Shown: piece after piece, positions 1 to 12,400 of the stretch
Layout of the letters: each line of letters begins with the position of its first letter
Position numbering within the stretch: the stretch's first letter is position 1
Source of the DNA: Mytilus edulis
Taxonomy: Eukaryota
Direction of reading: 5' to 3'
DNA: 64,000 nucleotides
NCBI RefSeq assembly: GCF_963676685.1
Contig: NC_092346.1
Span: forward strand, 28,582,001 to 28,646,000
The notes under the pieces: generated by a model
Database searches by the model: none
What the model was told of the DNA's origin: nothing
Seen by the model: only the letters and a program-made list of their open reading frames with translations
Position numbers and translations under genes: made by a program

Positions 1-102
1 GTATAGCACCTATATTATACTGAGTATATATGAATAAAAGATGTGTGGTATACATCAATAAGACAGCAACCCCAAGAGTATCTAGAGGTCAACACACATT
101 TT

Positions 103-829
103 CAGGGGTTCAAATAAGCGGTGGTCCGAGATCCCTGACCTACATGTATAAACTTTACGGCCGGACTTCCGATTTGGTTATTAGCTGCACTGGACGGACT
201 TTTGATTTTCAAGTTTCAGAAAACATATATGATGAATTTCTGTATGACACACTTTGTTATAACTTGTAAATTGATGTGGTAATGAGTAAAGATAAAATAG
301 CTTTGTGCTGAAATTTATTTTTAACTTAGTGATCTACTTCCCGGTTCATTAATAGTAGAGTGCTTTCGTTGAGGTCCACTTTTGCTAAACCATGAGTTTG
401 TTTTGCTTTGGTGTCACATCTTCATTTCTAAGAGAAAAACGGGTGAGGCAGATGAAATTCTGACTACTTCGGGTGTAGCCACTAGATGTAGCTAAACAAA
501 AGTAGTCCAACAACGAAGCTATTAATAAAGTTTAAACAAGAATAAAAGTTATGATCACCAGAAACTTGTTCGAAAATTCCAGTCTCATTGGCAAAAGATG
601 GCCCTTGGCTTCACTTTGGAGAAGCTTCCGGAACCATGACCTGTGAATATTGTAAAATACCCAACCCACTATGATAGGCATAGTGCTTTAGTGAGAGGAA
701 CAAAAAATCCTAAAATTGATCTGATCAAAAGTCAAATGTTTGGACCTTTCATCATAAGGTGTGGACCTTCCACTTTACTGTTGTAAAGGTCCAGGACTTT
801 TCAGTGAAAAATGTTAATTTTAACCCCTG
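103..829. mobile_element. Non-autonomous TIR DNA transposon, hAT-like (possibly the 5-bp-TSD hAT5 type)
   Basis: Termini CAGGGGTTCAAAT...ATTTTAACCCCTG are inverted repeats. Flanks ATTTT / ATTTG match at 4 of 5 positions (degenerate TSD). No transposase ORF. Confidence 0.5.
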
Positions 830-1389
830 ATTTGTAGGTCTTCAACAAAGGACAATAATGAGTAAATTACAGAACAGAGGTCTTCAACAATGAACAAATT
901 CTATAATAAATTAATGATAAAAAAGATAAAAAGATTTAAGCTGACAGTATCCATGAAACTTGAAAGACTTTGGGACCAGACCTGATCAGATGGTGTCCAT
1001 GGGGAAAAATTAGTACATACAATTTGCTTTGTTTCACTAGTACTTTAATATTTGAACTTGATAGAATCAATAAACCAAAACTATCAATGCATAGGAATGG
1101 TGAATATTTGTAAATCTGCTACTGCAACTAAAAATCATGTCAAGACAAGTTAAATCTCCAAGGCTCCATGTTGAAAACCTTACTTTGACCTATAATGATT
1201 TACTGTTACAAATTGTGACTTAGATGGAGAGTTGTCTCATTGGCAAAAAAATGCATAGTATTTACAAATGACATATCAGCTATTTCAAGGAACATGTTGC
1301 AGTGATGACATGGATTTGTTAACATTTGACTTTTTTTTCAATTCATGAAAGTATGATTCTTTATGTGTTTTTTATTACATGTTTTGTAG

Positions 1390-4300
1390 ATAGCTGATGC
1401 ACAGCCTTTGATCAGTGACAGAATTGGTCTTGATCAAGTAATAAAAGAATACACTGCTGGTGAAGATCAAGTATTTGTCAGAAAAATTGAGGTAGATTAA
1501 TGAGTGTTATATAATAACATATTCCTCCTCCTCTTCAGAATCATACCCTCAGAAAAGACTCTCCACACACCACTTTGACCGATTTTCATTTTAAAAATAT
1601 GTCAATGTTGTTTCAAAAATTATTTTCAAAATTTACTGAATGAATGAATGAACCTAAGTTTTAGTATTTGTAAGGCACAATGAAACTAATTTTCTTCATT
1701 TTACCTTAATGTTGAATATTATGAAAATATTGTTTTACATTCAAGTGTTGTGAAAGGCACTCAATTACAAACAAATGATGTCAAAATCTATGGCTTTAGT
1801 TCACAGATTGTCTATCTAGGAGAACTTTATCCTATAAATATTTTCACTACAAGTCCATGTCATAAATTTGCATCACATACATGACATATTTCTCAGCAAA
1901 CATGCATGGTGACACATAGTGAAAAAAAAATTATTTCAAAATTGAGATTTATTCAAAATTGGAAAGAAAACTAAGAAAAAAATACAGGCATTAAAGTCAT
2001 ATGAAACCTCAAATTGAAAAAAAATAATGCATATGTTTTTTATAACTAAATGGAAAGTTTTCATTATAAAACTTATGTACATATACTTTTTTCTGAAGAA
2101 AATTCTTTAATTTGTTCATATTTTGAAGAAGTTTACTTCATTTGAATTGCTTGCGTCCAGGAAGCAATTCGCCGATATATTTTCCATATGCAAAGTGACC
2201 TCAGCGTGATTCTCTCGTAAAAATCTGGTGATCGCAATACGCATGGATCTGTCCTTAAAATAAACTATTGTCTGATTGTATATGTTAAACACGTGCTCAA
2301 TATCCACGTTTTTAATTGTTGATAGTTTACTATAAGGTGTCAATCGCCTCGATAAACTTCAGCTTCTAAACACATATCTAAGAAGCTGCCATATTTTCAC
2401 TTCATAACAAACAGAGAGAGAAAAAAATTGACGATTATACGATATGGTTGTGTAAAAAATGATAAAATTTTGCACAGAAGACTATGTTTATGATATATAC
2501 GTGCATTGGTTCAAGAATTGGATAAACATTATTTTTCACCGGTCACTCGTTTCGTATGACTTTAAAGTAGAAAATTATTCTATTGAAATTTCAAAAGGTA
2601 GCAATTAAAATTTCAAAGGATGAAATAATTTTATGTGCCCATTATAGGATTTGGATTTATATTACAGTATATTAGAATATGAGCCCATATATTCTGTGCA
2701 GATCCTGAATATCATATAATGTCCCCTGAATCTAAGGGCAGATATCTATTGTTATTGGTCTGAGTTCTTTTTTAATTGCTTATTAACATTTTAAGGAAAT
2801 GAAATCAACCTACAAATGTGTTAGAAAAACTAGAGCGGATGGAAACTGTTTCTTTCGAGCATATGGTTATGCCTGCTTTGAAAATTTCTTGACCGATAAA
2901 GCAGACTACAAAAGGTTGGTTAGTTTAAAAATAATGAGATTCAGCATGACTTTGGTCAGTTTGGGATGAGCAAAACAAGTTAAAAAAATGTTTCTGAGTA
3001 CATTCATTGACATAAAAAAAAATTCAAGTATACTATTACAAAATTTTAAATACTGAAAACCAACTTATTTTTGCTACTTTCATGAGTAGAAAAATAATGC
3101 GAAAATAAATTGTTGCAAAAATGTAAAAAAATAAATCATTCTTACTTCATCTACTATGAGTAAATTTGATTAAGACGAATTTAATCACAGTGAAAAAGGA
3201 TAGATAGGGCAAAATGCTAAATAAAGTAACCACTAAAATAAGTTGGTTTACAGTAGTTGTCTTCAAAGGTAGTAAGCTTTACAGCAATAGGTTATGTATA
3301 AACAACAATGATGGAAGGTAATCTAATTTAAATAACTTTGCATAATTCATATTCTTGTAACATCTAGTTTCTTGTATAATTGCAATACTTACCTATAGGC
3401 AAAACAAGTTGAAAAGATATCAAAATAGTTTATACTTGTGATTATAATTAAGTACGCCAGACGCACGTTTCGTCTACATAAGACTCATCAGTGACGCTCA
3501 TATCAAAATATTTATAAAGCCAAACAAGTACAAAGTTGAAGAGCATTGAGGATCCAAAATTCCAAATAGTTGTGCCAAATACGGCTACCGTAATCTATGC
3601 CTGGGATAATTATACATAAAGATTACTGGCTATTTCACATTTTAATTGTAGATTCCATGAGGTTTGTGACAAAACAAAAGACGATCTGATCACCCTTGGT
3701 TTTCCACAGTTTACAATAGAAGACTTTCATACTAATGTAAGATTCTGACGAAGAATTAAGGCATTCGCACAATACTGAAACCTCCTTGTTACCTTAGGAT
3801 CTTTTTAATAGATCCTTGTTTTACTCACTTGGTTAATTATAGTTAAAAACTTAATCTTTTAGTTATTATTTTATATTATTAAACTTAGTATGTATATTTT
3901 TACTACAATTCTTCAACTCTACAATTCTCAGTTTTGGCTATACGTTCTGTTCAAGTCATGAATTCATAAGATCAGAAGGCGTGTCAAAATTGTAGCATTC
4001 ACAATAATGACCAACCCAGTACACGCCACTCTGATTTTATTGACCAATATTAAAAAGATAAATATATCACCTCTGTTTTTTTACAGGTTTTTATTGTGTT
4101 GTTAGGTTTGATATTTCATTGCTATTCAATTAACAACTCTTTTATTTTACATGTAAATTTACATACCTACATCATATAAGTAAAAGCTGTAAAATACTAC
4201 CTGAATAGGGAAAAATTTGGTTGATTATATAGGGAATCACTGAAGCATGACTGGAGCGGGCCCCCCCCCTTATGAAAAGTTCTGGATCCGCCACTGATTT

Positions 4301-7062
4301 ATTATGCTATGATCATGGAAATAAGATAGTGAAAATACCACTAACTCAAACCAAAATAAGAATGAGCACATGATTTGGAAAAGCAGTACTAGTATCAAGA
4401 AAACAAATTACTAGAGGCAACAATTTTGAATTTTCTGTTTCACAATTTTTCTGCCTAAAATGAGTTTAAAATTTTTCGTATAGAACTTTTATTAATATCT
4501 TGTTTTCTTTGCTTCATGTAGTTTATGGAAGCAGTTACCAAACTAGAAACCATAGATCAAGAAGAATTAATATCCATGTTTAATGACCAAGGTCTCTCAG
4601 ATTACCTGGTGGTTTACCTAAGGTAACTTTTTTTCTTTTTTTTTATTACAAAGTCTAGGAACTTTTATCAATTTACTTTTGACTGAATAAATGAAACTAA
4701 TGACTGTTTTAAGTCTGTTTATCTTATATATTTATTAAACAAAACTTTACATGAAAACACATCTGTGTAAGTGCTTTAAATGATAGATTCCAATTTTTCA
4801 TTATAAATGTATGCTTATAAAATTGGTTTAATTTCCAGAGTTTTTAAGGATTTGTACATAACAGATGAATAAAACATATGCCTTTTACTTCATATTGATT
4901 ATCTTTGGAATGAAACATTGCTGAAATATTGTCATACTGACCTAAATTAAATCATCAAAAAGAAAGAAAAAAGAAAAAAATGGGTAATGTCTTATTTACA
5001 CAGTTATATGCATTATGGATTAGAATCCTGGTCATACATGCTAAAGGGAAAATAAATCAAATTTACTAATTTCAAAACACTAATAGAATTCTGTATCCTT
5101 TTGAGGTTCACTCACATCTCTAGTTCTTTGGTAATTGAATACATATTAACGAAGAAGAAATTGAAGACCATGTTTGATGTTTCAAGTTCTTCACTCTTTT
5201 ATTTCAAAATTTGTTCATCACTTAAAAGTTGAATTGTGATTTAACTTTGTTAACATTAGAAGATATGATAGAAAAAATACAATTTGATTTGTAATTGAAA
5301 CTAATTAGCTCTCCTATTTTATTAGACCCCTACAGACGAAGTCCAAGGGGACTTTATATTTGCAATCTGTCTGTCTATCTATCTGTCTGTCTGTCCATCC
5401 ATCAGTCAAGCAAATCAGTTTTCCACTCTTTTTTTCTTCATGCTTAAAGATATATATTTGATAGTAAGCGTATTGTTTTATCATGACAAGTTACAGATCA
5501 AGTTCATATTTTGTTCCCGTTTGATGATTTTGTGCAGAGTTATGGTCCATGGACCTGGAACTCACTTAAATAATCTATTTTTGTCATGCTTGAAGATATT
5601 GATTTGATATTTGTTATATATATATATGGCACCATGACAAGTTATACATGTAGATCAAGTTAGAATTTTGTTCCAATACAATGAATTTTTAATCGGTAGG
5701 GGACTATGTTTTGCCATGCAATACTCTCAGAATCCTTGTTTTATTTTGTTTTATTTTCAACAGGTTGATCGTGTCTGGTCTGTTACAAAAGGAACATGAA
5801 TTTTATGCTAATTTTATAGAAGGTTATGCCACAGTTAAAGATTTTTGTGGTCATGTAAGTATTATTTACATAGGCGGATCCTGGGGGCCCGGGCTCCCCC
5901 TTTCGTGGGAAAAATTTGGTTGATTATATAGGGAATCACTGAAGCATGACTGGAGCGGGCCCCCCTTATGAAAAGTTCTGGATCCGCCACTGATTTATTA
6001 TGCTATGATCATGGAAATAAGATAAGATGTATATCTCTGTTGAAACTCATTTAAGACTATTGAAAGGATGTCAGCAAGCTTCATAGAATAATTCCATACA
6101 GATCGTTTGAAAATGAAGCAGTTGTTTTGATGAGATTTTTTGCTTTTTGTATTGTTTAGGTTTTGCACCAGGTTGAAGGAGGTACTTTAAACCTTTTATT
6201 TTGCATATTCACATCATTGATAGATTTCATGTGGCCCTCATATCACATTTCCATGTTATTTAACTTACAAAATTATTTATGCGTCCAAGCTTTGACACCT
6301 TTCAAACCTGTTTATTGATAAAGAATGGATACTGACCTCTAGATGCTTCCTCTTTTGTGGGCTGTTCATTTTTTATGCCCCTAATAGGGGCATTATATTT
6401 TTGTGTCTGTGTGTCCGTGATTTTTTGTTTGTCTGACTTCTCTGCTAAGCATTTACATTAATGAGTTAGATCAAAGACTGGTTATTTCTGAAATTTCATT
6501 TGCATATGTCTACTGCTTATAATTATGAACAAGCTTGATTTAAGGTGGTACCCAACACCTTCACTAAAATTAATTTGGCTCGTTTAATTTTCATAAAATT
6601 TTGACAAAGTATTTACTTTGACCCTTTGACAAAAATATATAAGATTTAAAAAATTTGAACAAACCGTTTTATCAGAAAAAATACACTGGTTATATAGCAG
6701 TTTGACAAACACTAATTTTGATCATTGAGAAGCCTAATATTCCGTTATCAACACAACGTAATTAAAACGTTTAGCTGATTTTACAGAGTTATCTCCCTGT
6801 AGTGTTAGGTACCACCTTAACATCAGTCAAAATAATGTATTGATTTATTTATTTTGTTTTCTAGGAAGTTGAACCAATGGGAAAAGAGAGTGATCACATA
6901 CACATAACAGCTTTAACACAAGCACTAGGGGTACCAGTACAAGTGTTATATATGGATCATAGTGAAGGAAGTAAATGTAATCTACACGTCTTTCCAGAGG
7001 ACTCTAAACCTTCCATTACTTTATTATACAGACCTGGACATTATGACGTGTTATATTCATGA
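1390..7062 (+). CDS. OTUB1: Otubain / ubiquitin thioesterase OTUB1-like, 5'-partial. Coding exons 1390-1491, 2796-2914, 3652-3736, 4522-4622, 5764-5854, 6865-7062 (231 aa in window; N-terminal exons lie upstream of the window)
   Basis: Hand-spliced at AG/GT boundaries with consistent phases. Translation IADAQPLISDRIGLDQVIKEY...VRKTRADGNCFFRAYG...LGFPQFTIEDFH...FNDQGLSDYLVVYLRLIVSG...FYANFIEG...EVEPMGKESDHIHITALTQALGV...LLYRPGHYDVLYS* matches otubain motifs (DGNC catalytic Cys, GHYD catalytic His/Asp). Confidence 0.95.
1995..2561. mobile_element. Kolobok-type non-autonomous DNA transposon
   Basis: TTAA on both sides; TIRs AGTCATATGAAAC / GTTTCGTATGACT (1 mismatch); purine-purine terminus. Confidence 0.7.
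3051..3255. mobile_element. MITE with TA ends (Tc1/mariner-like)
   Basis: TACTGAAAACCAACTTATTTT ... AAAATAAGTTGGTTTACAGTA, a 21-bp inverted repeat with 1 mismatch. Confidence 0.7.
3454..3497 (-). ncRNA. Minimal type I hammerhead ribozyme motif within a Penelope-associated repeat fragment (~3450-3610)
   Basis: Minus strand reads GCGUCA-CUGAUGA-GUC(UUAUGUA)GAC-GAAAC(GUGC)GUC-UGGCGU: full core CUGAUGA/GAAA/UC, pairable stems I and II, and the very short stem III typical of Penelope-like-element hammerheads. Confidence 0.75.
5317..5742 (+). mobile_element. Helentron-associated non-autonomous element (HINE-like)
   Basis: T-run start, sub-terminal inverted repeats GACCCCTAC / GTAGGGGAC, 5' hairpin, (CTGT/CTAT)n microsatellite, two internal repeat units, ends in CTTGTT. 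Confidence 0.55.
5869..5992. mobile_element. 124-bp MITE with 5-bp TSD (ATTTA), hAT5-like
   Basis: ATTTA|CATAGGCGGATCC ... GGATCCGCCACTG|ATTTA, inserted 15 nt downstream of an OTUB1 splice donor. Confidence 0.7.
6544..6816. mobile_element. Kolobok-type MITE
   Basis: TTAA|GGTGGTACCCAACAC ... GTGTTAGGTACCACC|TTAA. Confidence 0.8.
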
Positions 7063-7311
7063 CAAAACACAATTCATTTTGCATGATACGATGTTGATTG
7101 TCTTCTTTTTGTTCATTACTTTTTTATCAAATGTATAAAACTTTATAAAGATTCAAATTTCTTACCATGTAAAGTTGTGGTTTTTTCCCGGAAGGCAAAC
7201 TGTTGTAGTTATAAACATAATGTCAACATGATTGCCACGATGATGCCAAAGAATCTGTTCAAATTCTGGTTATTAAACTTTTTATTATTTGGCTAAATAT
7301 CTGACCAGGAA

Positions 7312-7499
7312 TACTGTAAATTCAAAAATTACTTCGAAGTTTTTTGTTATTGCGAAAAATGGGACTTGTAAACGCAGTAATTTAAACTCACATTAAAAAT
7401 ATATATGAATTAAACAGGATTTTTCTTAAAATCTCATTTAAGTCTTAAATGAAAAAATCGCGATAATAAATGCATGCAAAAATATCAGAATTTACAGTA
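7312..7499. mobile_element. MITE with TA ends
   Basis: TACTGTAAATTC ... GAATTTACAGTA, a perfect 12-bp inverted repeat. Confidence 0.6.
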
Positions 7500-7518
7500 T
7501 GAAATAGTGGTAATACCA

Positions 7519-8403
7519 TTTTTAGCTCACCTGACCCAAAGGGCAAAGTGAGCTTTTCTCATCACTTGGCGTCCGACGTTAACTTTTACAAAAATCTTCT
7601 CCTCTGAAACTACTGGGCCAAATTTAACCAAACTTGGCCGCAATCATCAGTGGGGTATCTAGTTTTAAAAATGTGTCCGGTGACCCTGCCAACCAACCAA
7701 GATGGCTGACATGACATGAAAATAGAACATAGGGGTAAAATGTAGATTTTGGCTTATATCTCTGAAACCAAAGCGTTTAGAGCAAATCTGACAGAGGTAA
7801 AATTGTTAATCAGATCTATATGTCCTGAACTTTTCAGATGAATCTTCTCTGAAACTACTAAGACAAATTTCACCAAACTTGTCCACAATCATCATTAGGG
7901 TATGTAGTTTAAAAAAATGTGTCTGATGACCCTGCCTGCGAACTAAGATGGCGGACATGGCTAAAAATAGTACATAGGGTAAAATGCAGTTTTTGGCTAA
8001 AATCTCAGAAACCAAAGCATTTAAGGCAAATCTGACGGGATAAATTTGTTCGTTAGGTCAAAGTCTATCTGCCCTGAAATTTTCAGACCAATCAGGCAAC
8101 CTGTTGTTGGGTTGCTGCCACTGAATTGGTAATTTTCAGAAAATTTTGCAGCTTTTGGTTATTATCTTGAATATTATTATAGATAGAGATAAACTGTAAA
8201 CAGCAATATTGTACAGCAAAGTAAGACCTACAAATAAGTTAACATAATCAAAATTGTAAATTGACCCCTTAAGGAGTAATTGCCCTTTATAGTCAATTTT
8301 TAACAATTTTCAGAAATTTTGTTAATTTGTAAATCTTTATTCATTTATGATATGCACATAGACCAAGGTGAGTGACACAGACTCTTTAGAGCCTCTATTT
8401 TTT
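7519..8403 (+). mobile_element. Helentron-associated non-autonomous element (HINE-like)
   Basis: Starts TTTTTAGCTCACCTG...GTGAGCT (5' hairpin). Two ~250-bp internal repeats (AATCTTCT..CTGAAACTACT...), 3' sub-terminal AGGTGAGTGA plus short palindrome GACTCTTTAGAGCC and a T-run. Confidence 0.65.
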
Positions 8404-9469
8404 TGATGGAGAATGTCTTCAGTTAAATAATAGTCACATATTCAAAGAGATATTAAATCACCAAGGCTTTATAACAGTGAATATTAAGAATAAACTCTAG
8501 ACTAATAAAATTTCAAAATACTGATGTAGGTTGTGTAACAATTTGTAATCTTTCTAGTTCAATTTTTCTTAGCGCTACACTACTTCCAGATGCAAGAAAA
8601 TATATTGGTTTTCTCCTGGAAGTGTGTTAACCTAGACAGCAGCAGGTTGCAGGTTGGAAAAATGGCAAGGTCAACATGATCCAAAAAAAGGCTTGAAATT
8701 GGTTTTTGCTGCTTCTATGATAACACACAAATCAATGAATCCACAGTAGTCCATTTATATATTTCTTCCCTCACGGTCATAAAAATTTCGAGCATGATTT
8801 TTGTACTCAGACTCAAAAATCAACCAATCAAATTACTGGATTTCATGTTTCGAGCATGATTTTTGTGCTCCGAGCACTGATCAAAGTTTAATGCCTTCAA
8901 GGGTGATTGTGCTAGTATTTATGAGGATAAGATGTAAATTAGAATTGAAAGCAAAATGAGTAAGATTGAATTGTGTATGTAGTGCAAGTACATGTATTAC
9001 AATCAAAATCAGAATTAGAATACATTTAGTTAAACAGCAAGTCAAATTGGGTTGTTCAATAGAATTGGATCTTCAAAGATATACAGGGGGATTTTTGGAC
9101 TTCCTCTATTGAAGTTAGCACTGAAATATAACCTTGCAAAATTAAGGAAGTAAGAAATGTACTTTTTCCAGTTTTACAAAGAAAATGGGGAAATAATTTT
9201 AAGACAAGGAAATGTGCCGTATTAGTTAATGAGACAGCAACCAGTGTCAGGAAAAACAAAGACAGTTGGAGGTTAACAATAGAAAGATGGCAAGCTTCTT
9301 ATTATGCAAAGAAACCTTGATATGATGGAAACTTGTTGTTGTCTTACCTGTATTGTTCTGTAAAAGGCTGTATGTTGAATACTGTACAAGGGTAAACAGA
9401 TAATAGTATTTTTATCATTTCCTTAAAGGGCTGCTGTATTGCTTATACAGGTCTGTGGGTAGATGATGT

Positions 9470-12400
9470 ATTGTATTTCTTTTGGTTGATGTTTTTATGC
9501 CTTATATTACTTTGGGTTGGTGTTGTTTTTGTCTCATTTTACTTTAGGTTGGTGTTGTTTTTGACACATTTACTTTGGGTTGGTGTTGTTTTGCCTGATA
9601 TAGTTTTTCATTGGTGTAACTTGGCTGTATATTACTTTTGGTTTTGGTTGTATTGACTTATATTTCTTTTAGTTGGTGTTGTTTTGCTTTATATAACTTT
9701 TGATTGTAGTTTTTTTGCCTTTTATTTCTCTTTATATGGTGTTGTTTTGCTTAATATTACTTTTGGTTGGTGTTGTTTTGCCTTATAATAATTTTGGATG
9801 GTGTTGTTTTGCCTTATAATAATTTTGGATGGTGTTGTTTTGCCTTATAATAATTTTGGATGGTGTTGTTTTGTCTTATATTACTTTTGGATGGTGTTGT
9901 TTTGTCTTATATTATTTTGGATGGTGTTGTTTGGTCTTATATATCTTGTTGGTGTTGTCTTGACATATTTTACTTTTGGTTGTTTTTTTCCCTTAAATTA
10001 CTTTTCAAATTGTTGTTTTGTCTTGTTTTACTTTTGTTTTTTGTTGGTTTTTTTTTCACTTTCAGTTTTGTGGTTTTTTTTGGGTCTTATTTCACTTTTG
10101 ATTGGTGTTGTTTTGCCTTTTATTTCTTTTTAGATGGTGTTGTTTTGCTAAATATTACTTTTGGTTGGTGTTGTTTTGCCTTATAATACTTTTGGTTGGT
10201 GTAATTTTGTGATTTATTCTTTTTGATTAGTGTTGTTTTGTCTTATATTGCTTTTTGTTGGAGTTGCTTGGACTTTGTAGTTGTTTTTCCTAATATTTCT
10301 TTTGGTTAGGGTTGTTTCGTCTTATATAACTTTTACTTGGGTTGGTTTTTTTATTTTACTATTGGTTGGTGTTGTTTTGCCTACTATTTTTTTTGGTTTA
10401 TGTTGTGTTGCCTCATTTTACTTTTAATTAGTGTTGTTTAGCCTTATTTTACATTTGGTTAGTGTTGTAATGGCTTATATTAGTTTTAGGTGGTGTAATT
10501 TTGCTTTATATTTTTTTTGGTTGGTGTTGTTTTGCCTCATATAGCATTTGGTCTGGGATATTTTGACTTATATTGCTTGTGATTGGTGTTGTTTTGCTTT
10601 ATGTTTCTATTGGTTGGTGTTTTTAGTCTTATACTGTTTTTGATTGGTGTTGTTTTACCTTATATTGCTCTTGGTTGGTGTAATTATGCCGTATATTACT
10701 TTTCTATGGTGTTGTGTTGTTTTGCTTTATTTTACTTTAGATTGTGTTGTTTTTCCTTATATTTCTTCAGTTGGTGTTGTTTTGCCTTATTTTACTTTTG
10801 GTTGGTGTTGTTTTCTCTAATATTTCTTTAGGTTGATTGGTTTTGTTTTTGCTTAATTTACTGGTGTTTGGTGTTGTTTAGTCTTATATTGCTTATAGTT
10901 TGTGTAATTTTGCCTTAAATTACATTTGGTTGGTGTGGTTTTGCTTTATATTGCTTTTGGTTGGTTTGGTTTTGCTTTATATTGCTTTTGGTGAGTGTTG
11001 TTTTGCCTGATAATACTTTTGGTATGCGTTGTTTTGCCTCATTCTACTGTTGGTTATTCTTTCTTTGACCTGGTATTGCTTTTGGTTGGTGTTCTTATTC
11101 ATTATTTGTTGTTTTGCCTCATTTTATTTTTGTCTTGATATTGCTTTTGGTTGTTGTGTTTTGTCTTATATTACTTTAAGATGGTGCTGTCTTGCCTCAT
11201 ATTACTCTTGGTTTGTGTTGTTTCCCCTTATATTTCTTTTGATGGGCGTTGTTTTGCCTCATTTTCTTTTTATTGGTGTTGTTTTGCCTCATACTATATT
11301 TGGTTAGTGTTGTTTCCTCTGATATTTCTTTTGGTTGGCTTTGTTTTGCTTCATATTATGTTTTGATTGGTGTAGTTTTGCAATCATTCACTTGTGATTG
11401 GTGTTGTTTAGCTTTATATTGCTTATGGTTTGTGTAATTTTGCCGTATATTACTTTTGGTTGGTGTTGTTTTGCCTAATATTGCTTTTGGTTGGTGTTGT
11501 TTTGCCTGATATTGCTTTTGATTGGTGTTGTTTTGCCTGATATTGCTTTTGATTGGCGTTGTTTTGCTTAATTCTACTGTTGGTTGTTGGTTGTTGTTTG
11601 TTTGAACCGATAGTGCTTTTGGTAGGTGTTGTTTTGCATTATTTTGATTTTGGTAAGATTGTTTGGCTTAATACGGTATTACTTTTGTTTGTGTTGTTTG
11701 ACCTCATATCAATTTTGGTTGGTGTAGTGTTGCTTTAGAATACTGTCTAATATACCTTTCTGTTGGTGGGTTTTTTGGCCTCATATTGATCTGTATTAAT
11801 AATGTTTGCCTCATTTGAATTTTGGTTGCTGTTGTTTTGTCTCTTATTTTGCTTTCGATTGGTGTTGTTTATCCTTATATTGCCTTTGGTTGGTGTAATT
11901 ATGCCGTATATTTCTTTTGGTTTGTGTTGATTTGTCTCTATATTGCTTTTGGTTGTTGATATTTTACCTTATGTCACTTTTGGATGGTGTTGTTTTGTCT
12001 TATATATTTCTTTTAGTTGGCGTTGTTTCCCTTATATATTTTTTGATTCGCGTTGTTTTGCCTTAATTTACTGGTGTTTGGTGTTGTTTAGCCTTATATT
12101 GGTTATGGTTTGTGTAATTTTGCCTTAAATTACATTTGGTTGGTGTTGTTTTGCTTTATATTGCTTTTGTTTGGTGTTGTTTTGCCTAATAATGCGTTTG
12201 GTTGGCGTTGTTTTGCCTCATTCTACTGTTGGTTGTTCTTTCTTTGACCTGGTATTGCTTTTGGTTGGTGTTCTTATGCATTATTCGTTGTTTTGCCTCA
12301 TTTTATTTTTGTCTTGATATTGCTTTTGGTTGTTGTGTTTTGCATTATATTACTTTAAGATGGTGCAGTCTTGCCTCATATTACTCTTGGTTTGTGTTGT

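Noticed and set aside
8768-8903. Possible small MITE
   Set aside because: The terminal inverted match is too degenerate and no TSD could be identified.
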